This document shows positions 39,358 to 51,469 of a DNA stretch of 64,000 nucleotides, piece after piece; within the stretch, counting starts at the first letter, position 1, and each line of letters opens with the position of its first letter. The DNA is from Octopus sinensis (taxonomy: Eukaryota). The stretch covers positions 2,170,001-2,234,000 of the forward strand of contig NC_043012.1 of the NCBI RefSeq assembly GCF_006345805.1, written 5' to 3'. A model generated the notes under the pieces. It had not been told where the DNA came from. It ran no database searches and worked only from the letters and a program-made list of their open reading frames with translations. Both the position numbers and the translations under genes were made by a program.

Positions 39358-39545
39358 ATCATCATTGTTCGACCGTGGTCGAGACAATGGAATTTACCAT
39401 GCTACGCCAGACTTCATGGTCCATCATGGCATTACGGAGGTCCTGTTGCTGGATGCCTGTATCCCTGGAGATTACATCAGGGTAGGAGAGTGTGCGCCCT
39501 CTGGTATTGCGAGTAGATGGCTTCCAGAGGAGAAATTGCATACCC
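39358..39545 (-). mobile_element. LINE (RTE/RTEX-like) extreme 3' end
   Basis: LLWKPSTRNTRGRTLSYPDVISRDTGIQQQDLRNAMMDHEVWRSMVNSIVSTTVEQ*, followed directly by a (TGA)n tail. Confidence 0.8.
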
Positions 39546-40132
39546 CACCCACGTACATAGACTCCCACGTATATACTTTCACATTTACACACTCTCACAC
39601 TTACGCATTTGCACATATACACACACACACATGTATACACAAAAATACATAAACATTCACATATGTACACACATGTATACAAACACACACATATTCACAT
39701 ACGTATACATATGATCATATAGTCTGTCATATGCACATATTCTCACAATTACACATGTACGCACACATCTGTAAACACATATACGCATACACACTTTCAT
39801 ATGCAAACACTCTACATGTGTGTGTATGCGTGTGTATGTGTGTGTATTGTACTCTTGTCTTGACATCATGCGAGAGTTATAAATGAACATCACCATCATA
39901 CAAGCAAGGTTGTTCTTCCACGAAAAGCATTTTTGGCCATGGGGAATTATGACCTTGCTCGATCATAACAGGTGAGGGTTAGCAACAGGAAGGGCATCCA
40001 GCTGTAAAATATCTGCCTCAATGAATTCCATTTGATCAATGCAAGCGTGGAAAAGAGGGCATTAAAATGATGATGATGATGATGATGATGATGATGCATG
40101 AGTACACACAAACACACACATATATATGCACA

Positions 40133-40492
40133 CAAGCAAAACGCCCCCCACCGTCCAATGGACGGTGTTGAGTTGTCAAACATTTAAAACAAATTTTCTC
40201 AAAACAACTTGTCCAACCGTCCCATAGGCCTTCTCTTTGAGAAACACTGGTTTAACCTAAATTTGAGACACCAGCAAAAGAAGAAATAAAGACAGACTTT
40301 CTTTTCTATTCCAAAGAATGCTTTATCGATCGCATTCTCACCTGGAATCGATTTTTGTAATTATTTCAAGACTTATACACGCCCTGATACCGTCGGTATC
40401 TACATATCAAATTTGAGCACAATCAGATGGGGGATGCCCGAGATCCTAGAAGACACACGCCCAGACAGACAGAACAGATTTTATATAATAGA
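40133..40492 (-). mobile_element. Non-autonomous Helitron-like element (360 bp)
   Basis: On the minus strand: A|TCTTATATATAAAA 5' end, (CTGT)n, an 8-bp-stem GC hairpin at 40149-40167, and a CTTG|T 3' end 16 nt further on. No target-site duplication. Confidence 0.7.
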
Positions 40493-40871
40493 TTTATATA
40501 ATATGTGTGTGTGTTTGTGTGCATATGTATGCATGTAAAGTGGTTGGTGTTAGGAAGGGCATCCAGCTGTAAAAACCATGCTGAAACAGACATGGGAGCT
40601 TGGTGCAGTTCTCTGACTTGCTAGCTCCTGTTAAGCTGTCCAATCCATGCCAGCATGGAAAGCAGATGTTAAATGATGATGATAATGTTGATGAAGATGA
40701 TGATGATGATGATGAAGACGACAACGATGATGATGATGATGATGACGACGATGATGATGATATACTTATATAGTTTCCATCATAAGAATTTAGAAATTTT
40801 TAGCGATGAGAAATAATTTGTTTTCAACAATGGAATATGAAGTAGATAAAGCTATAAATGATAGTCTGCAG

Positions 40872-41133
40872 TTGTGTCTTGAGAGGGTCATTACACCAGT
40901 AACAATAAACACATGTACTGGTTCAATATCACTTCTTTGTTGTTAGTTGTTTAAATATAACCAATAATTATTAACTAATTGATGATTTGCTTAATGTGTT
41001 GGTTAAATAATCAGACAAATGATCGACTAGTTAGTTGGTTGGCTATTTAACTGATTGACTAACAATAAAGAAGTGATATTGAACCAGTGTGAGGGTTTAT
41101 TATTATTGGCGTAACAACCCTCCCAAGACACAA
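40872..41133. mobile_element. Fold-back/MITE-like element with ~75-bp imperfect terminal inverted repeats
   Basis: ttgtgtcttgagagggtc...ctggttcaatatcacttctttgttgttagt pairs with actaacaataaagaagtgatattgaaccag...ccctcccaagacacaa. Confidence 0.75.
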
Positions 41134-41809
41134 GATTTTTTTTCAATCATTCACATCAGAATGCAAATATTGGGTTAAAATTACTTTGGATAGAAAAAGT
41201 CGAAGGCTGCTCATGGGACTTGAGTCCACTTTGAGATTTATCATGAAAAGCAAATTATTTCATGTCCTGAAGGTTCTAAATTCTTTCGACATATACACTG
41301 TACTCTTCACATTGATAAGAACAAAGCTCTTCTAAAACGAATAGAGAAATTTGAAGGATTGCTTTGTTTCAATGGTGGAACGTGTGTCCTGTTTACGGTA
41401 GATTATTATTCACTTGTAAACAGGTGGTGGCTAACATGAGGAAATTTTACATTTCTGCCATTATAACTAGCAAAATAGGCAGCATTTTGTTCAGCATGAT
41501 ATCAGTCCTGATAGATCAGATAGATCTATAACCGAAGGCCAAGCCATCCATAACCATATCATCATTTTCCTGATATAGGAAACCCACAACAGTATTCTTT
41601 TCTACTCTAGACACAAAGCCCAAAATTTGGGGGGAGGGGGCCAGTCGATTAGATTGACCCCAGTACGCAACTGGTACTTAATTTATCGACCCCAAAAGGA
41701 TGAAAGGCAAAATCGACCTCGGCAGAATTTGAACTCAGAATGTAAAGACCAACAAAATACTGCTAAGCATTTTGCCTGGTGTGCTAATGTTTCTGCCAGC
41801 TTGCTGCCT

Positions 41810-42075
41810 TGATTGTTTGTTCCTTCTTGAGCCATGCCTGGCTCATTAGGGCCGGTTTCCTTGGCATATAGGTTCCCCACCTGGATGGGATGCAAGATAC
41901 AGGAGGAAAGAGTGAGAGAAAGTTGTGGCGAAAGAGTCAGCAGGAGTTCGCCATTATCTTCTGCTGGAGCTACGTGGAACTTATAAACACACACATCACC
42001 CGGTCTGAGATTCGAACCCGCGATCCCTCGACTGCAAGTCCGCTGCTCTAGCCATTAGGCCATGTGCCTCCACCG
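41810..42075 (-). mobile_element. tRNA-derived SINE related to 54325-54712
   Basis: Minus-strand head GGAGGCACATGGCCTAATGGCTAGAGCAGCGGACTTGCAGTCGAGGGATCGCGGGTTCGAATCTC and a shared CCACAACTTTCTCTCACTCTT block. Confidence 0.8.
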
Positions 42076-42558
42076 CTGCCTTGATACCCACAATAATATT
42101 ATCCATTATGTTGTTTTACAAGAGGGTACAATACAGTTTGAGGGAGATTTTGACCATTAACTTTGATAGGATGGTTGACCACATACAAACTCTGTCTTTG
42201 GTTTATAGTTCTTAAAGAATGTTACCAGACAGATCTCTAATCAACGAATATTCCAGCCATACCATACCAACTTTTCTTCTCAAATTAAAGAAAACATTAT
42301 CCAGCAGTTTTTTTTTTTTTGCCTTTTCTTTTTGTTTTGAATGGTGTGGCAAGGCTTGAAGGTGATTTGGTTGCTATGTCTAACAAGTTGAAAGATCATG
42401 AACAAATGCTGTTAATATTTGTAATCTCATTAATATTTAACTCGATGGAATTCTAAAGTAAGTGAATTCACTAGATTTGCAAGAACAGAGAAATATTTCC
42501 AAAATTGGATAATTCTACAAAGGCTTCAAATTAATATTAGATATCCAATTACTATTAC

Positions 42559-42617
<59 letters not shown>

Positions 42618-42702
42618 CATATGAAAGAGAGATAGGTGGATGGCAGAAATGGTTACAGCATCAGCCTAGAGACTTCAGAGTCTTTACCATATTTTCTGAC
42701 AG

Positions 42703-42844
42703 AGAAGTTGTCAAAGTATATAGTGTAAACATATACAGCAAACATTCAGTGCTTTCGCTATCTTTCCAAATCCTGCCACATTTCACATGGAATTTTTTTA
42801 CAACTACATTCATATTAGTATATGAGTTGACCTTTGCTTTCACT
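42703..42844 (+). CDS. Candidate exon, hydrophobic (EVVKVYSVNIYSKHSVLSLSFQILPHFTWNFFTTTFILVYELTFAFT)
   Basis: Acceptor ctttaccatattttctgacag and donor GTAAGT, with a single open frame. The antisense strand is also open, so this is ambiguous. Confidence 0.35.
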
Positions 42845-43816
42845 GTAAGTTTTGGTCTGAAAAATTCAACTTGTATGCTGGAAAATATGGCAGCTTTATC
42901 CCCTCTCTATTCTTAAGTCTACCAGAATTTTCAACACAATATGAGAACCAGTTGTTGATTAACCCTAGGCCAAAAGGTATTCTAGCCATGACAATCCAGT
43001 CGTTTCAGATTACATTATCCAATATTTCCTCCCCAACCGTTTTTTTAAAGACTATACACTCAGTAGTCTGTACATTGACAAACAGAGACAAAGTAGGGTC
43101 AGGAGAATTTTCTATACTTGAAGAAATGACAACCTCTTTGGTGTTGGTGCCAAGATAAAATGCTTTCACTACACTCGGTAAAGTGGTTGATGTTAGGAAA
43201 AGTATCAAGCTATAGAAACCATGCCAAAAAGGGAATGTGTAAGAAAGATGTGATGCTTGGTCCATAAAGGAAGGGCAATAACTCTGTCTAAGAACTGACT
43301 CACAACAAGATGATCCTTCCAACTCCGCCGAGGTCGACTTTGGCTTTCATCCTTTCGGGGTCGATAAATAAAGTACCAGTTATGCACTGGGGTCGATGTA
43401 ATCAACTTAATCCCTTTGGCTGTCCTTGTTTGTCCCCTCTATGTTTAACCCCTTGTGAGCAGTAAAGAAATATATACTAGCATGGAAACTGGATGCATGA
43501 TGGGGATGACTGATGATGTCAATGTTGTAGATGATGATGACAAGCATGGGATCTATTCAATTTGACGGCCAGATTTTTTAATTGATTTTTTTTTTATTGA
43601 ACACTTTGAAACTTCGGGTACTGGTAGAATGTGTCACATAGAACAGAGTTTACTCTTAATGTTTTTGATAAAATTTTGTATTTTAGAAATTATTTCATGT
43701 TAAAGTTGTCGTATTTGGGTAATTTTAACCAATCAATGACATGTATTCAGCTGATGAAAATTACTGTTGCTGTTCGTGAGCAACAACTTCCGGGTCCATT
43801 GAGAAAACATTGAGAT

Positions 43817-43853
<37 letters not shown>

Positions 43854-43944
43854 CATACACACACACACACATACACACACATTAATAATAGGAAGAAGTT
43901 ATAGTGTGACAATGGCCAAATTCGTATTTGATAAGTGCCAATGA

Positions 43945-44029
43945 TATTATTATTATTATTATTTAGGTCACTGCCTGGAATTGAACTCGGAATCTTGAGG
44001 TTAGTAGACCGTGCTCTTAACCACTACGC

Positions 44030-44111
<82 letters not shown>

Positions 44112-44274
44112 TAATAATAATAATAATAATGATAATAATAACATCAAAAAATACCTTAGGAATGAGAACCCAGGCTCGAAATTTCCCCAAGACACCTGAT
44201 GAAGGCTCCTGGAGGCGAAACGTGTTAACAACAAAGATAAGGACAAATATCAGTCAAATGTAAATAATGTAAAT
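43945..44274 (+). mobile_element. Second copy of the hammerhead-bearing SINE, with an inverted 5' tRNA head
   Basis: The head at 43965-44029 is on the minus strand, while the (AAT)n tract, body and tail at 44035-44274 are on the plus strand. Hammerhead core CTGATGA...GAAACG lies at 44196-44222. Confidence 0.75.
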
Positions 44275-44511
44275 TTGTACATGTTCAGCAAATTCTTCTA
44301 ACACTGTCTGGTGATTTTATTTCCACAGTAATACCATAGGAGTGTTCTGCCCAGTGACAGTTTATATAAATAAACAGTGCACGCCCCCTGATAAAAAAAC
44401 TGTTGTCATGGGTTTAAACAAAGTTTGAATTAGTTATGAGCAAACTGTAGACCATGGCAGACTTAATATAAAAAAATGACCTTGAATTTTTTTTTTAGTA
44501 ATGCGGCTCAC

Positions 44512-44566
44512 CTGATGATGAGCCAAGTCTAATGCAGCCTGTTTCTCAAACACAGGTTGCGCATGT
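44512..44566 (-). CDS. Candidate exon (HAQPVFEKQAALDLAHHQ), unidentified protein
   Basis: Acceptor ttttttttctcccttatgtttaaaccag and donor CAG|GTGAGC, with only one frame open. Confidence 0.5.
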
Positions 44567-44739
44567 CTGGTTTAAACATAAGGGAGAAAAAAAATATCCA
44601 GCACATACACACACAAAAAAACCCCCATCCAGTTGATATTTAGGAAGGGCATTCAGACATAGAAACTGTACCAAAGCTGACACTGCAGCTTGTCAGATCC
44701 TGTCAAATCGATCAACCCAGCTTGAAAAACAGACATTCA

Positions 44740-44962
44740 CCCTTTTGATACCAACCTGGCTAAAACCGGCTCTGGCTCTGGAGTACAAATGTTTTGTTTT
44801 CATAAGTTTTGAATTAAAATCTTCCACGAAACAATTTAGTCACAATTTATGTTTCTAACACTAGCTTAATGGTAACCAAGTTATTTTACTAAATTGTTTG
44901 TTATATTTAAAGTAATTGAAAGAAACACAGAGCATCTCAAAATAAATACAGTAATGAAAGGG
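44740..44962. mobile_element. piggyBac-type MITE
   Basis: Ends CCCTTT...AAAGGG are flanked by TTCA (decayed TTAA) and TTAA. Confidence 0.6.
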
Positions 44963-45219
44963 TTAAATGATGAAGATGATGATCACGATGATGACAACAA
45001 CGACAGTGATGAAACACAAAAATTGGGGAAAGTAATTTAGGAAATGCAGCTGAATATCATGTCATATAAATTTCTTTGAGAAAAGCATTAGTGTCACAAC
45101 ATCTACTTTTCCTTAATCATATTTTTAATTAAGATGTTAACCACCACCACTTCCTACCACATAATGATATTATAGTCCTAGATATATAAGACTGGTTGGT
45201 CAAGGGTAAAGGTTAGTAA

Positions 45220-45272
<53 letters not shown>

Positions 45273-45601
45273 TCATCATCTGTACAGTTTAAAGAAGAAC
45301 AGCTGTAATGTGTCTTTCCAAAGATCCTAACACACATTGTAGAGACTCAAACACATTCAGACACACAATACTTATGTGCATATGGGCAAGTGTGTGTGTG
45401 TGGACATATATATAACAATATATATATATATATAAAGAGAGAGATAGATAGATACATACATTAGATATATAATATGCATACATATATATATGATATACAT
45501 GTGTGTGTGTATATATATACACACACACACACATGTATATCATATATCATATATATATATTATATATATATATACACACATGTATATCATATATATAATA
45601 T

Positions 45602-45636
<35 letters not shown>

Positions 45637-46514
45637 GCATATATACATGCATATTATATATATAAGTATATATTATATATAAGTATATATATGTATATAC
45701 ATATATATACATACATATACACAATATATATTTATATGTATGGATATAGATGTGTGTGTGTGTGTGGATATGTAAAATGTAATTATCCATCGGTTCAGCA
45801 GAGCTGCTGAAACAACCAACTAACCGACCAATCAGCGAACTGCAACATGCACGCATGCATGTTAAGTGAAACAAGCATTAACAAACAAAAAACAAAACAA
45901 AAAAAAAGAAGGAAAAAAAAACAAAGAAAAAGAAAAGAAAAGAAACTAAATGAGTGTAACAGTAAAAATTAGTTACCGAAGCTTCCAATTGTTACTGACA
46001 TTTTAGCTGGATAACAATCACTTATCGAAGATTCCCATTTATTTATAGAAACAAGCTCGCTTCCCCATTGCGCTACAGTCATCATCCCCTTCATCCTCTT
46101 TCTCCATCAAAGTCAGTCAGTTGAATTATAAATATATATGCAAGGATGTGTGTAAGTGTGTGAACACTTACATGCATACATATACATATGTGTGTGTGTG
46201 TGTGTGTGTTTGAGAAAGTGTGTGACCTAGTGATTAGGGCATTGCACTCAACTCACAATTGAAAGATCGGGGTTCCAACTCCCAGACTGGCAGTGTGTTG
46301 TATTGTGTTCTTGATTAACACGCTTTGTTTCACGTTCCTCCAGTCCATTCAGCAACTGTAAATGGTTAACACTGTGATGGAATGGCATTCCATTCAGGGG
46401 CAATGTTTGCCAGCCCAACCTAGCCAGTGGGGTGGCATCATTCAAAAGCTATAATAATGCAAGGAAGACCATTGTGACCAGCGGTATATAACATTGTTGA
46501 TAGTCTGCTCAATA

Positions 46515-46550
<36 letters not shown>

Positions 46551-48104
46551 CATCATCAACATCATAATTGTTGTAGAAAAATGGTATACTCCTTCCTACG
46601 TGACAAAGTGGTATGAACCAGCCACTATAAAGTCAGACAGTCAATTGTTGTGGGAAGTCAGTAGTAGAAGAGTCATTGCATGAGTTCTCAGCTGGAGTCA
46701 GTGTCTGTTACGTGAGTTCGAGTTACTGTCAAGGTAGATATTTCAAAGTCGTTGTCTTGCGGAGTTATCACCAATAGCATGATAGACAAGTCAAAGATAA
46801 GACGTGGAATACCGCCACAGCATAATAGTGGCGGCAAGAATATTAGTGCTGACAACAACATACCTGTGGATGAGGATCTCACATTATAACAATCATCATC
46901 ATCATCCTCATCATCATCAAACATACATCTTCCATACTGGCATTGATGGGATGGTTTGACAGGAAGTGGCAAGGCCAGAAGCCACACCAGATTCCATTGT
47001 CTATTTATGTAAAGGGAAAGTTTACGAAAATAAACAAAAGACGAAGGCAGGTGGAGTACAAACAAACAAATGTATTAGAATAGCGCTCAGGAATAGAAAA
47101 AGTCTTTTACGTTTCGAGCCTACGCTCTTTGACAGAAAGATACACAGAAAAAAACAAGGAGAGAAAAAATGTGTGTAGGAGTTGATGATCTATCATGGCG
47201 AACTTGGTAAGTAGCTTGCTTACCAATCATATGGTTCTGGTACCTAGGGCAAGTGTCTTCTACTGTAGCCTTGGACCGACCAAAGCCTTGTGAGTGGATT
47301 TGCTAGCTTCCTTTCTCTATGTAAGGCCTTATGGCCAATATAATGAAATATAGAAGCTTTATGTAGCACAACAATAATTTCGGCTGTCTTCTGCACTGCT
47401 CCCTAGTCGGTGGAGAATGATGTAATGACATCAGATGCATTGCTGAAATGGTTTTTGATCAAAATAAAGCTTCTAGTTACACTCCATCTTCCATATCAAT
47501 CATCTAAAATATGCCCAACATGTATCTAGGAATTCCTGACATAGATCCAGTGACAAAAGCACAGTAACGTGGATAATGCCTGGTAGCCATAAGTGGTGAA
47601 CATGCTCTGCAGGCACACTACATGGGACTTAAACAAAACAAGGTTTGGATACTCTTTTGCCAAACCTATTGGAAGTGGCAAATTCGTTATAAATATTAAC
47701 CTTACTCATTAATTTAATCACAAATCTTAATGAAAAACTTTTGTTATATCCCTGCTTGAAATTTGGTGGCACTGGGTGTGGAAGTATACCCAATACAACC
47801 ACCATACACCACTAATGAGGACATAGATACACCAACACCAGTTGCCAAGTGGTGGTGAGGGACACACACACACACACACAATTGGTTTCTTTCTGTTTCT
47901 GTCTATCAAATCCACTCAAAAGGCTTTGGTCGGCCTGAGGCTATAGTAGGGACTGAACCCAGAACTATGTGGTTGGGAAGCAAACCTCATACCACACAGC
48001 CTTGCTTATGCCTATATAAATAAAAATATAAATGTATAAATACACACACACACACATATATAGAGAGAGAGGGAGAGACCACAGACAGACAGATACATAC
48101 ATAA

Positions 48105-48280
48105 ATTCACCTTTACACCAATGATAATCAGAGCATTTGGTTTTGTGAGTAAAACATCAAGTAATAACCAGGATAAGCTAGAAATTTTAGAAAAAGCAAA
48201 CCAGATGACACACACATTACAAATAGAACCTGTAAGTGGAACAGTAAAAATATGCAAGACTTTTCTCAAGTTTAAAATGT
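48105..48280 (+). mobile_element. R4/NeSL-type LINE C-terminal remnant
   Basis: FTPMIIRAFGFVSK...LEIL...GTVKICKTFL resembles the P.I.GALG.V.K...GT..I.R end of REL-endonuclease LINEs. Confidence 0.55.
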
Positions 48281-49475
48281 GACATTGTTTTTGTTGTCTA
48301 CATTCGAATGATGGAGCTTTGTATCTCTGTTAGAAACCAGCTCCTTCTTCAGAGGAAGATTTCAAATTATTAAAAACAGCAGAGAACATACACAAAGTGT
48401 TGGTAATTTTTTTTTTTTTGTTAAAAGTATTCTTTTCAACCGTCTACAAACACAGCTAGGCTGAAATAATTAATGCATTCCTCCAGAAGTGAATAAAGAA
48501 TTCTCAAACTTGAGGGGATGGGCCCCTTAGATACTAACACGGGCCCCCATATATGGATTCTAATGGCCCACTTGCCATTGGGAAAGCTGGGAACCTGGCT
48601 AGTCTGCCACTGGGTAAAAGGATAGCCTAATAAAATAACAAACAGATGAATGAATACACAAACAAAGAGTAAAGCCACAACATTAGTTAAATCTCCTTCA
48701 AATCATTACCAATTGTTATACAAAAAGGTCACATAGGATCAAGTAGTCCTAGATACCACTATATCTGAATATAAGGTAGAATAGTTGTGATTGACTATAG
48801 TTTGATCAAAGCTGGCCTGGTGTTAAAAATAACCCCATCAATAGCTGCTGGGAGGGGGGATGGCCTCTGAGTGGTTGCTTGAACTACTAGAAATAGCAGT
48901 TGAATCTTCTTCAGGTTACCTCATACCATCTTGAAAAACACATTGTTGACTTGGATTATGATTGAATACCTTTCTCTGGTCATGGGTTTGTTTGTTCAGA
49001 GCTGAGAGAGCTAAACAAAAACAACAATAACAGCAGCAGCAGCAGTAACAACAACAACAACAACAACAATAGCAGCAATGACAATAGCAACAAGAACAAG
49101 ACCAGCAACAACAACAACAACAACAGTAAGAAGAAGAACAGCAACAATAGCAACAGCAAAAACAACAACAACAACAACAGCAACAGCACCATCTAACTAA
49201 AAGGTTCTACTGAAGGAGAGTAAATAAAATAATAGCTGGCAAAGCTAACGAGTTCTCATCGTTCTTCATTCTGAATGGAGAGAATGTTCGTTAAGTTGTA
49301 TATTTCATGATGAATACAAGAGGATAAATTGATTAATACAAGTGAATTGTCAACAATAAAAGTGATAAGCTTGAAAGCTTTCATCAGATGAGATTAAACA
49401 AACACATGAAATTACAGGCAATGTATATGCATGTGTGTGGACGTGTGCACGTTGGTACTTATATTATAAATACAT

Positions 49476-49526
<51 letters not shown>

Positions 49527-49760
49527 TATACACACACACATACACACACACACACATTCATAAACATATATGTTGCATATGTTACACACATAAAATAATG
49601 AACGGATTCTATAACACATTGAAGTACTATCAAAGAGTTAACATATGCACTGATTTCTTCATATACACGTGTGTGTGTATATATATATATATATACAGAC
49701 ATTTAGTCACACACACACATCCTCTTATTTTAGTGTCCTTTGTCTGAAATCTTTCATCAT

Positions 49761-49866
49761 ACCTCCTGTGACCTCTTCAACGGCTCTCCATCCCATGTGT
49801 CTCCTCCTGTTCTGTTCCATCCATTCCAACTTTCTGTGTATCCTTATCTACACATATGTTTGCATC

Positions 49867-49905
<39 letters not shown>

Positions 49906-50091
49906 ATGCACAATTTTCAGTAAGCAAGCCCACATATATGCAAGTACACACATGCACGTGCACACACATACACACACACAGATACAGATGCAAACACTGT
50001 GCAGATAAGGATACACAGAAAAGCAGAATGGACTAAACAGAATGGGAAGAGGAACATGGAATGGAGAGTTGCTGAAGAGGTCACAGGAGGT
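49761..50091. repeat. Imperfect fold-back (~140-bp arms including (TG)n/(CA)n)
   Basis: acctcctgtgacctcttc...gtttgcatctgtat(gt)n is inverted as (ac)n..atacagatgcaaac...gaagaggtcacaggaggt. Confidence 0.85.
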
Positions 50092-50515
50092 GTTTACTGT
50101 AAGGTATTTGCTTATGGACAATTTTATTTGCTCTACACTTCCTTGTACCGAGTACTTTTTTTTTATATCTTAGTCTTCTTGAATGTGACACATGATCTAC
50201 TTACATACCTCACACACATACAATTATATGGGTAGACAGATAGATATGGAGATTGATAGGTGTGCATATGTGTGTATGAATACAAACACACACACATATA
50301 TGCATGTATATATATATAAAGATACATGCATGTATCTGAGATATATATGTATGTGTGTGTGTGTAAGTATGTATATGCAGAGGGAGCATCACCAAATTAT
50401 ATATATACACACACACACATATATACACTGAGTGTCTGATAATACATTACTTGTCCGCACGTTGTTTTTTCATGTTTCTTTTTTGTTTGGATTCACTATA
50501 TACATACATACATAC

Positions 50516-50556
<41 letters not shown>

Positions 50557-50578
50557 TGTATGTATATATATGTATGTA

Positions 50579-50648
<70 letters not shown>

Positions 50649-51469
50649 TGCATACATACATACATACATACATATATTCATATGCATATATATAACCACA
50701 CACATACAAACATATATACACATAAACATACACACATACACACACCACACCGCACTCTCTTTCTTGAAATATCGAGTACTTTATTTTGTTTCTATAAGCC
50801 TTATTCTGACAATCAAATATGCAGAACAAACAGAAATACGTGTGGGTCTACACACATACACACACCCACATGCAATGGCTGTATGTATAACTTAACTCAC
50901 AACATAAGATTTTCTGGAGACAGTTAGGCGGCTTCATTTTTTTTTTTTTACCTCCTGAAACAGAAATACTTCTATGTAGTTTTCATTGTTGTTCTTGCAG
51001 TTGTTTTTCTGAAGTAAAATTGCACAGATAGCATGTGCAAATATCCCATTGGCATCAACCATTAAGTAGCAGCTCTTCTCTCTGTTCTTTCCAATCAATA
51101 ATATTTTTCTGCAACATATCACCTTATTCGTATAAATTTTCCAATATTCTTCTATTCAGAAATGGCAATTTTTATTTAAATTTTATTTAAATATTTACTT
51201 AAACATCTTTTCTTTATTTTACATGTTTTTAATTGTTTTCTTTACAGTTCTTTTTTTTCTTTCTCTTACAGATTGGGAAATTTTAAAATTCTTAAAACCA
51301 AAATATTTTCATTGAACAAAGTTTTATTATTAAACCTACAATTTGAAACAAACAATATCTGAAAGGGCTATTAGGTTAGGTTATGGCACAGGGTTACTGA
51401 CTGCATAGTTTTAAGTTCAAATATTGAACCGTGCATTGTATTTTGCCCCTACCTAAAGCATCTAAATTC

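Noticed and set aside
45822-45840. GACCAATCAG CCAAT-box-like motif, suggesting a promoter
   Set aside because: It is a single motif with no CpG-rich region or identifiable first exon.
48436-48640. Minus-strand ORF after a good acceptor (GYPFTQWQ... or AILLPSGRLARF...)
   Set aside because: The GGGCCC-rich CAGTGGCAGACTAG sequence looks like an old non-autonomous repeat, and the donors are weak.
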